Of a DNA stretch of 64,000 nucleotides, positions 39,819 through 49,092 are shown in pieces (positions within the stretch are counted from its first letter, which is position 1; each line of letters begins with the position of its first letter). The stretch comes from Haplodiscus bocki (Eukaryota). Position numbers and translations under genes: made by a program. The notes beneath the pieces were generated by a model that searched no databases, was not told the origin of the DNA, and saw nothing but the letters and a program-made list of their open reading frames with translations. The stretch is taken from the NCBI GenBank assembly GCA_965655095.1, contig OZ296648.1:42284001-42348000 (forward strand), written 5' to 3'.

Positions 39819-42034
39819 CAGGGGTTCAGAAAAATTAATTGGTCCTCCAATTAATTGATTAGTCCGAATTTTCCAATTAAATAATTGATTGGTGATGTGT
39901 CCAATTAATTGCCATTAATTGCAATTACTTGACCTTGAAAACGGATAGAATTCTTTTCCATATGTCATCTGGCTCTCTTCGTATAACTGTGATGCATACA
40001 TGTTCATTATCTTCCCGTGAGGCATACACGTGCCTAATACATGTGTTAACCGGTTAGAGATTTATAATAGATTCATTTCGTATGAATTTGGAGACTTGAA
40101 TAGAAATAAAAATTCGCGGCATCACATTTTGACGAGGCTTGGAGTATATTGAGGCATAAAGAAAGTTTCAAAACGATAACTTCATAAAAATAAATGAGTT
40201 AGCGTGTCCGCCTAAAGTTTCCGAATATGGTATGTTAAGTCGATTTAATCGCTCCACTTTCAGCTACTGCTATGATGAGTACAGAAAATGCCGCAATTGC
40301 TCGTCGCTATTGCTCGGAGACAGAAGAACCAGACAAGTGGAAGTGCAAATGTGGCAAGTAGCTGATCAATCGGAAGGATTGTGGATGGACAAATTTGATC
40401 ATCCACATTAAGTCGCAGCATCTAGAATACGCAACAGAAGGCGACCCACAACAAACATCAATGGCATCTTACCTTGTCACCAATCCTGGTCACAAAATTG
40501 GAAGGTCGGCCATGGATGTCCATGGATGGAACGAATGGGTTTGTCAAGGACCAAAACATTCTCCTTTGTTCAGGATCCATTAACTCAAAAATACACAAAC
40601 GTTGGAAGCATGACAAGACCTACTTTGCTGAAATACATGGATCTACTAACGAAAGAAGTCGAAAAGACAATTTCGAAAAATCTACCCAATCAGTTGTCTT
40701 TAGCCATTGATGGCTGGTCGAAGGGTTCGACGCATTTGGAGTGTTTGCTGCATAAACCGAACGTAACGAAAAGGGGTACTCTTCGGTCCTTTTGTCAATT
40801 TTGCCAATGGTTGATGAAAAGAGCTTCACTGCGCAGGACCATTATGAGCATCTGACGTACGTCTTGAACGTATCCAAGAAGACGTTCGAAAATGTCGTGG
40901 CGATCATCGGAGACAACGTTGCTACGAACAAACGAATAGCTGATCTCTGTGGGGTCAAATTTGTTGGATGTGCATCTCACCGACTGAACCTCGTCGTCTC
41001 CACTTAATTGGAGCGTCATGGTCCTCTCTTGGAAAAAGTGAACACTCTTATGGGAAAGCTTCTGAGTCCGAAGTTGGCAGGTACGCTTCGCGAACAGACA
41101 AGCTTGAAACTCATTCAAAGAAACAAAACTCGCTGGTTGAGCACCATGGACATGGTTGAGAGGTATATATTCGACTGAAGCCATTCCTGGAGGTTCTAAG
41201 CAAAGATCGGAAACTTGTTGACATGCTTCCCACACCGAGAGAAAACAGCGACCTTGATAAGGTTCAGGAAAAACTGCCAACATTGAGATCTGTCACTGTT
41301 GCTCTACAGGGAGAAAACGTGGATCTCGGCGATGTGAGAGCTCTTTTTGACGGACTTTTATCGATATATGCAGAACCTGAATTTGCAGAATATTTACGCC
41401 AAGATGCAGAAATCGTACACTCAAAATCTTTCAAAAGTGCCATCGTCAAACTATTGTCTAAACAGGAAGAAGAACTGAATGAGGAAGAAAAACAGGATGT
41501 CACTGCCTTTCTTATCAAGCATGGCTGCCCGGCGCCCGAATTGGTTGACTCTGATGAAAATGATTTCGTTGTGAAGTGTTTCAAGAAGAGACGGATGAAG
41601 AAGGTAGCTGAACTAAAGAAGGCAAAATACACTGATGCTCGTTTTATTCTGTCAACTTCAGACCTATTGGAAAGATTTTTCAGCAGTGCCGGCTTTGCTT
41701 ATGGGGAACATCGACAAAGTTTACTTCCAGTAAATCTCGAAATGCAATTGTTCTTGAAGTCTCTGGAACGAAGAAACCGTGTCAAAGATTGTTACCGAAC
41801 CTACTCAGATAGATTAACTTGTGAGAAACTACTTTTAAATTTCAGTTATATATCAGTTTGCAAGTTATTTCATAATTTTCGAACAATTTACTTTGTCGCT
41901 GAAACATCTTTTTAATTACCAAATAATTGCGATTAATTGCAATTATAATTGCGAAGAGACAGCAATGCCAATTAATTAATTCGTCGGGTAAACGATTGAT
42001 TGGAAGCTTACCAATTAATTTTTTCGAACCCCTG
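39819..42034 (+). mobile_element. Full-length hAT DNA transposon
   Basis: 25-bp TIRs CAGGGGTTCAGAAAAATTAATTGGT and CAGGGGTTCGAAAAAATTAATTGGT; perfect 8-bp TSD CCATAGCA at 39811-39818 and 42035-42042; subterminal AATTAATT repeats. Confidence 0.95.
40272..41770 (+). pseudogene. hAT transposase (BED finger, DDE, dimerisation motif), disrupted
   Basis: WKCKCGK..GWTNLIIHIKSQH, LAIDGWS, IIGDNVATN..VGCASHRLNL, TRWLST, LERFFSSAG..LPVNLEMQLFL. Several stops and frameshifts. Confidence 0.88.
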
Positions 42035-42099
42035 CCATAGCATCACCTACAAACTTCTCACGACCGAACTGAGAGCGAGAACATCATCTCATGTCCAAA

Positions 42100-43532
42100 C
42101 TTTCGTCACTGGAAGTCAATAAGAGCTGACATCATAACATCAGCTACAAACTGTAAGTCAAAAAAATAAAGGCGTCGGGTTTTTGACAGACAAAATCTTC
42201 TGCAGCAAAAAAAATGCGTCGACGTTTTCAGTAAAAACATCATATCGGTCACACTTTCGGAAAAGAGGACATAACCATCGTCCAAGTGTATAGCCCGATA
42301 AAGTTGAAGAAACATATGAAGAACTTAAATGCATCCCCGAGAAGCTTACGTGCGACAAAGGAAAGCAATTAATTGCCATAGGACACTTTGATGGAGTAAA
42401 TGGCCACCATGCTGAAACCACAATGTGTAAGGATTTTGTAATTAATTACAGAAATCGCAAAGGAGAAATGTTTCCAGATCTTTCCGCTCTGGATTCAGTG
42501 ATCCTAAAAACCAGAAGTATCAAACAGTTGGAACGACAGCAGTGATCGTGGCTGTTTGCAGATCGGAGCCTTTCAGATTACACTAGGAGACCTTACCTTC
42601 AGCACCTGTGTCAGCAAATGCAAAGTTTTGCATAAAACTGACAAATTCTCTGATCACTTCCTGTTGTAGCAGAATTAAAAGTGACAAAAGTCACCTCCGT
42701 TAAGTCAACAGTGGAATTGAGTCAAATAAGCAGCAGGAGTTTCAACAAGAGCGAACTTATCTTGGTTGAAACCTTGAAATGCCTCCCAAAAATCAAAATT
42801 CTCCGCCCATGACATCTCTTTTGGAGAAAAGCATTAAGACAGCGGACATTATGCAAACAGAAACTTGCCGAAAGAAGTGAAACACGTGGATGACGAATGC
42901 ATCTAAGAATTGAAAAATCAGCGGTCTCGAGATCAGAAAGTTAAAAAAAAATCGGACAATTATCAACCGATCCAAAAGCAGGAATGCAAAAAAATAGAGA
43001 TCCAAAAACTCTCGAAAAATTGTATTACTTCGTGAACTACATGATAGAAAGAGAAATTTGGCAAGCTCAATAGATTGTCCAATCAAATCAATCTGTGAGA
43101 AAAAACAACTGTTAGGGAGATAATTTACTTGCCCCTGACTTAGCTTGAACGAGAAAGCTAAAAACCAGAAAGACTTTACAAAAACTATCGGAAAGGACGG
43201 ACACTTAGAACAGTCAAAGAATGAATAAAAGGAGGTACCAGTTCGTCGATTATACATATTCACAGCACGAAAGAAACACACGAAAGAAAACCTGGGAAGG
43301 TCTTTAGTTAGGACACTACTGGTACATGCTTTTATGAAAAAATTCTGGTATAATAAAATTAATGATAATAATATTAATGATAAAACGTATATTAAAAAAT
43401 TTGAATTTACAAAGTTGCTGGGATTATCCATCCCTTACGAAAAATATTCACGAGACACACAAAGAGCGTCTACAGCCAAGTCACCATGAACATGAAATAT
43501 TTTCAGAAGTCTTGAACGAAAAAAACACCATA
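42100..43532 (+). pseudogene. Old decayed LINE ORF2 (endonuclease/linker), continued at 47279-47520 beyond the inserted younger LINE
   Basis: SDHF-PVVAEL-like endonuclease end at ~42650. An RT fragment SGVSLGNVLGFLFILNVDD..FSADTK resumes at ~47320, on the other side of the TSD. Confidence 0.5.
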
Positions 43533-43656
43533 TATATATATATATATACTGAATTTACGCCCAAAGCGAGGGGACTGCTCCCATTAAATGAGTTCATTGA
43601 TAACAGTTTCCGTTGTTGTTACTCTTGAAATATCTGTCGAATCAGGCTTCAATAGT

Positions 43657-46375
43657 TTATGCATTCATGATCATCTGTCTTCTGTGGATGCTCCTACACG
43701 TTACACATAGGCAAACAAAGTGCCATGAGCAGATGTTGTTTTCTTGATATTGTTCAACAAATTTTTTCCACATTTGGGTAAGTAATTTCTTTTTGATATT
43801 TTCATTGTCGGTGATGTTCAAGTGTTTGGAAAGGACATTAGCTCGATAACAGGCACGATAAAAGAAATTGTCACGTAATAATTCACAGGATATTTGGGGT
43901 AAGTAGAACTGTATTTCATTTCGCCCATATTTCATAACAATATTGGAATCAAAATTTACATCATATTTGTGTGTAACAATACCCGATAACAGAATAATTT
44001 CTTTCATCTCCATGAAATATGTCAAAGGCAAAATTTGCAGGTGAGATAATCTGTCCTTGTAGGAATCTAAATAGCACATCCATTTGGTGATTTTCTTGTT
44101 GAAGGCCTCTAGAGCTCTGACATCCATTCTTGATAAGGAATAACACTCTGATGCATAGAGAAGTTGGGGGATAATTGTACTCATGTACAAGAGAAGTTTT
44201 GAATATTGCGAAATAGATTTGCTGACATTTCTCTTCAACATCTGGAATGTTTTGTTTGCCTTTGCAAGCTTAGTTTCTATATGAGCAGTCCATTTGAGGT
44301 TGTTACTTACCACCAGACCCAGGTCAGTATTTCGAGTACACTCAGCAATTTCCTCAGAGTATATTTCAGGTGAAAAATTTAGCTGTCCCTTGAGCAAGAG
44401 ATAGTGACATTTCCTCGAGTTGAAAAGTAAAAAGCGGGTTTTACTCCAAATTTGCAAGCTCATGAGGTCGTTTTTGAGAAGAAACGATTGAGAGCAGGAT
44501 CCGATATATATACCAGATAGGTCGTCGGCAAAAAGATATGCATATAAATAGAGCAATTCATTTGGTAAGTCATCGATGTAGATAATGAAGCAAAGAAGAC
44601 CAATAAGGGTACCTTGTGCTACACCGCAATTGATTTTTTCCACTTTTGAAGTGGCGTTATTGATTTTCACCATTATTTTCCTGTCTGTAATGTATGATGT
44701 AAGCAGTGAGTAAATCTGTGAGGATAACCCAAGTCGCTGGAGCTTTTTCGTTAGAATTACGTGGTCTATGCTATCAAAAGCTCGTTTAAAAACAAACAGG
44801 AAGAGCGCAATGCATTCAGATTTTGTCCATTTCTCATATATATGGGATAAAGTCTTCAGTAATCTTAGCACAGGTGATCGTTTCGCTCTAAAGCCATACT
44901 GTAAGTCGTTTGAATGTGGGGAATACGTTGCTAACAGCTGGTTGTATACATTTATTTCAAAAATTTTTGAAATGGTGTTCGGCAAGCTAATAGGGCGATA
45001 ATTTTCAACAAATTTTTTATCACCTTTTTTGAATACGGGAACTACTAATGTAAGCTTCCACGTTTCTGGGTAAACTCCCAGACGGGCTACATTTCGATAG
45101 ATGTTATACAATGGGTGTTGAATAGCATCTGCGGTGTTTTTGAACAATGCGACTGGAGGTTCATCAGGACCTTTTGCTTTATTCACATTGAGTTTGTTTG
45201 ATGTTTTATAGATTTCAGTCTTCGTGATCCTGATTTCTGTATTCCCAGGGTTGCTATATTCAGGAGTTGTAGTCATTCTATCAGTTTTGTTAACACTGCT
45301 GAAATATTCACAAAAACAAATTAGCTCGATCTTTATCATCCTCAGCCCAATTCCTGTCATTCGGGATATCTCTGTAAATACGTGGAGATATTTCTTCACG
45401 TTTAAGTTGTCGAAAGTGGCGAAACATTTTGCTTGAGTTTTTGGTAGCAAAAATAGTTCGCTGATATTCACACAGATCTTTGCATAATTCATTGGATAAT
45501 GTGGCCTGTAGGCTACATTTTTTAATCAAAAGAGTGTTGCACGGTTTAGTTTTCAGACGTTTGACAACTGTATTCAATTTTTTGATTAGATGTGATGTAG
45601 AACTGCTGACCCATGGTGCTAAGGACGAGCGATGCAATGTTCCTACTGGCGTAACCTGTTCAATAAGTTGATATATCCAAGAGTAAAATTCTTCGATATT
45701 TTTGTCACAGTTACTATAACACTTAGGTACGAAAGGAGTTTCTATCATGAGAGAAGCCAAAGAATTAAAATCACATTTAGAGAAACTATACTCTTTCTTG
45801 TGATTGGTGATATTCTTGTAGTATTTATGATTGCTTTTAATGCAAACACTAAATCGGACAGGATAGTGATTTGAGCTGGGACCGTTTGGCATGACAGAGT
45901 TGCATTCAATTATAGACTGGAAGATTTCAGGATCTTTGGTCAATATGAGATCAAGAATACTGCTTCTGGTGGTATTAAAGTTTACCAATTGTATATAGTT
46001 TCGTTGCTCAAATTCATTGATAAATAATCTTTCATATTCATCAGCAGATTCATTGATATTCCAGTTGGTTTTTAGAGGATTCATATCACCACCTAGTATC
46101 TGGTAGTCAGTTTTGTGATTTTCTATAAAATTAAGAAGCATGATCCACTCATTAATAGATGCTCGATATTTACCATTTGAGGGAGTGTTATAGACTACAA
46201 TCAACGCAATTGAGCATGATCCAGCGTCAATTAGGACAAAAACAGCTGATTGTCGCAGATAATCCGAAGTAAAAGGAATATTTGTGTGAGGAATATTTCT
46301 TTTGATAGCGATTGCTCGTTTGTCAAGATTAATCAGACTTTGGCAGTTGAATAGAAATACATCATACTGAAATAG
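43657..46375 (-). pseudogene. LINE A ORF2 (APE endonuclease + reverse transcriptase); one frameshift at ~45312 and an in-frame EN deletion
   Basis: EN motifs LFNCQSL, ILGGDMN, ILDLILT, SNHYPV. RT motifs KAKGPD, NYRPISL, QYGFR, GVAQGTLIG, YLFADD. One extra T in ANLF(C)EYFSSV shifts the frame. Confidence 0.9.
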
Positions 46376-47260
46376 TCAGTTTTTCTCAGGTAGCTGGTTT
46401 GTTGCAGAAAGAGCTGCTTGGTTTTTCAGAATTGCATAATCAGATAGGTCAATTTCTTTGCCGTCAACAAAAAGTTTAAGATCTCTAATTTTGATTAAAC
46501 TTCTTTCAGTGCCTTGGTTTAGCAGATCTCTGCGTATTTGCGGAATGCGATTTTCATTCAATTTTTCTTCTGAGGATAGCATCCTGCTAATGAAAATTGG
46601 TTTGTGAAAGTTTTTCATTTTTGGACCCTTTGATAAAATTTTCCGAACATCCCAAGCTGATGATAAGGTGAGTATAACTGCGCGCGGTCTTTCTTTGTTT
46701 CTTACAAATTTTCCTAGGCGCTTTATGTCCATTATTTGCGGGGATTCTTCAAGGTGAGTTAAGACTTCATTTACAGCATCCATTTCATGATTCAATATCG
46801 CAGAAGCTCGATTTTCAGGCGAAACTTGCTCAACGTTTGCTTCAGCTAAATTGTGAATTTTTAGTTGAAAAGGAGCATTTGGGGGTAACTTATTGTCTTT
46901 TACAAGATCTGTTTCAATATCTTTTGGCTTATTTATTTCGCGCGCAGGCTCGAGTTTCGTCTTAATTTCAGTAAGAGAGTTTTGTACTGAATTCACCGAA
47001 ATTTTCAGCTCTTTGATAGCAAGTAAGGAATTGGACTTAGCTTCGGATTTGAAGGCATCATTGTCTCTGCAAGAGCTACAGATCCAGAGACAACCACTAA
47101 CTCTGCCCATCACAGTGACATCTTCTTGAGAGAGCCCAGCACATGAACATCCATGATACCAGACACTACAATTGTCACAGGCAATGCCAGAGGGGTCGCC
47201 ATCTTTCACCACTCTTTTGCAAGATCCACATTTCGACGTCGAAGTTGAAGTTTTTGACAT
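46376..47260 (-). CDS. LINE A ORF1 protein (PHD finger + coiled coil + RRM-like region)
   Basis: Intact 294-aa ORF. PHD-type CGSC..IACDNCSVWYHGCSC..WICSSC; C-terminal KRLGKF..RPRAVILTL typical of LINE ORF1. Confidence 0.88.
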   Translation of the reverse strand: MSKTSTSTSKCGSCKRVVKDGDPSGIACDNCSVWYHGCSCAGLSQEDVTVMGRVSGCLWICSSCRDNDAFKSEAKSNSLLAIKELKISVNSVQNSLTEIKTKLEPAREINKPKDIETDLVKDNKLPPNAPFQLKIHNLAEANVEQVSPENRASAILNHEMDAVNEVLTHLEESPQIMDIKRLGKFVRNKERPRAVILTLSSAWDVRKILSKGPKMKNFHKPIFISRMLSSEEKLNENRIPQIRRDLLNQGTERSLIKIRDLKLFVDGKEIDLSDYAILKNQAALSATNQLPEKN

Positions 47261-48159
47261 TTCAATCGGAAACTATTTACACCATAGACATTCTGAGATC
47301 CGAAGACCCTCTGCAAAGTCTCAGTGGTGTCTCTCTAGGGAATGTGCTGGGCTTTTTATTTATTCTCAATGTTGACGACAGGCTGGAATTAACAATGTCC
47401 CAAAGCTTTTGTTTTTCAGCCGACACTAAGTCGATCGTCTCGGTAGCACTAGTTCCAAAAATGCCCAAAACTATCTTGTTGCGCTGAATCAACGGTCACT
47501 TATTATTAATATTTCCCTTATGCATTCACATGCAAGATCCTTATCACTATTATACGGAGGCAGAGCATCAAAGCGAACCCTCCAAAGTCTAAACGGCCTG
47601 TCTATGAGCGCCCTAAAAATAAAAACGTTAAAAATTGTCTCGGAAATTTTTCAACAAATAACACCGACTTTCAAAGTTTTTCTGAGCGAAGTTTCAACAA
47701 TAAGCTAAATTAGTCTTCTTGCATTCCGGTACTGAAAATTGATTTAGAGAAAAATCATAAAAGTACTCCCCGGTATATCACGGAATTTCTCTGCAAATTA
47801 TTTATTTGAGGGGCTTCCAGTTTGTCGGAACTTGTACCCCGAATAGAAATAGACAGAATTGAGGGCTCACTCCTGAACAAACTATTTAGAAGACCATTTC
47901 AATGGAGCCCACTGTCAGATTTTGGATAAAGTTTCAAAATTTTTCCATTGTGAATTCCATAGACAGTGAATACTTTACATAATGCAAAGTGGGGAAAAAA
48001 GTTTCAGTTTTCTTTTGAGGGCGTTTTTTCGCGGAAGAATTCCCTTCAGGTTGAGTATTGGATACAATTTATTTAAAGGAAATGTTTCCAAGATAAGAAA
48101 TCCGTATGATTTAACGGGTTCTAGGTACGATTCATTGTGTCTTATTAACTTATTAAATA

Positions 48160-48861
48160 GTGTCTTTTCAGGAAGATGATTACTGGGGCAGCCGTGGCGG
48201 CCCCCTATTCTTTTCCCCTCAACGACAAATGGTCCATATTCTTGGCACCTCATCACTCTCCCGAGACATCCAAAAAATTGATTACAACTCCAAGCGAACC
48301 CTGAAGAAAACAATAACAGCAATCCCTGGTCTTTCGTTCAATCAGAACAACAAAAACGACCTCAAGTTTATTCCCACCTTGCTGTCAGAAGGAAGCTTGT
48401 CAAAGAGTTCAAAGAAGGAGAAACTTATCATCTGGCACGACGCTGTCAACAATTCCCTCTCCAGACACCCTTCAAACTTCATTACCCGATTGAAGCCAAA
48501 GCAGCTACAGCGAATTCTCACACACAACAAGGACTGCATATCAGCAATTGTGTACTGCAAACGCTCCGGAACTCCTGACGTGTTTCAAAAATTGTTTGAA
48601 AGTGGTATCCTGACGCTGAACGTGAAGAAGTCCAATTTGTCGAAACGAAAATCGAAATTTTTGTTCAACATCAAAGACCTTGCCCGAGTTCATCCAACGA
48701 CAAAAATTGACTTCACCATTCAACTAAGATTCTTAAATCTCAGGAGACACGAAGAAAACGGGAAAAGAATGTTTCAAGAACTGTCCTCGCTCACGCCGAA
48801 GAACCTGAAAAACTCATTACAAAGAAACGCTCCAAAAGCTGTGAGAACAAACCCTCCTTGA
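48160..48861 (+). CDS. SGNH/GDSL hydrolase-like ORF upstream of LINE B (3' end replaced by an inverted-repeat insertion)
   Basis: Motifs in SGNH block order and spacing: HILGTSSL (I), AIPGLSF (II), LIIWHDAVNNSL (III), RVHP (V). The likely start is the Met of MVHILG. Confidence 0.5.
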   Translation: MSFQEDDYWGSRGGPLFFSPQRQMVHILGTSSLSRDIQKIDYNSKRTLKKTITAIPGLSFNQNNKNDLKFIPTLLSEGSLSKSSKKEKLIIWHDAVNNSLSRHPSNFITRLKPKQLQRILTHNKDCISAIVYCKRSGTPDVFQKLFESGILTLNVKKSNLSKRKSKFLFNIKDLARVHPTTKIDFTIQLRFLNLRRHEENGKRMFQELSSLTPKNLKNSLQRNAPKAVRTNPP

Positions 48862-48967
48862 AGCAGCGAATAAACCAGAATGAACAAAACTGAAGGTAAC
48901 GCCTTTTCACGAGCACAGTTCTTGAAACATTCTTTTCCCGTTTTCCTCGTGACTCCTGAGATTTAAG
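48732..48967. repeat. 58-bp inverted repeat (3 mismatches) with ~120-bp spacer; MITE-like
   Basis: 48732-48789 matches the reverse complement of 48910-48967. A partial extra copy lies at ~49030-49070. Confidence 0.85.
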
Positions 48968-49092
48968 TATCTCGGACGTTGCTTGGGACCCGAGAAGTGT
49001 CCACAGGTTTCGAAGCTTTGTTCTCCTGATTTTCTCGTGACACCTGAGATTTAATTATCTCGGAAGCTGCTTGGTGGCTGGGAGCTCAAACA

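Larger units (their letters stand above)
43533..47278 (-). mobile_element. Near full-length CR1/L2-like LINE (element A)
   Basis: ORF1 plus EN-RT ORF2, a (TA)n 3' tail at ~43533-43548, and an 8-bp TSD ACACCATA at 43525-43532 and 47279-47286. Confidence 0.92.

Noticed and set aside
42793-43431. 212-aa hydrophobic ORF resembling a membrane protein
   Set aside because: Antisense shadow of an A-rich decayed LINE ORF2.
46376-46378. UGA reassignment or selenocysteine as the explanation for the in-frame TGA
   Set aside because: TGA acts as an ordinary stop elsewhere, and the codon falls exactly at the ORF1/ORF2 boundary rather than at a catalytic Cys position.
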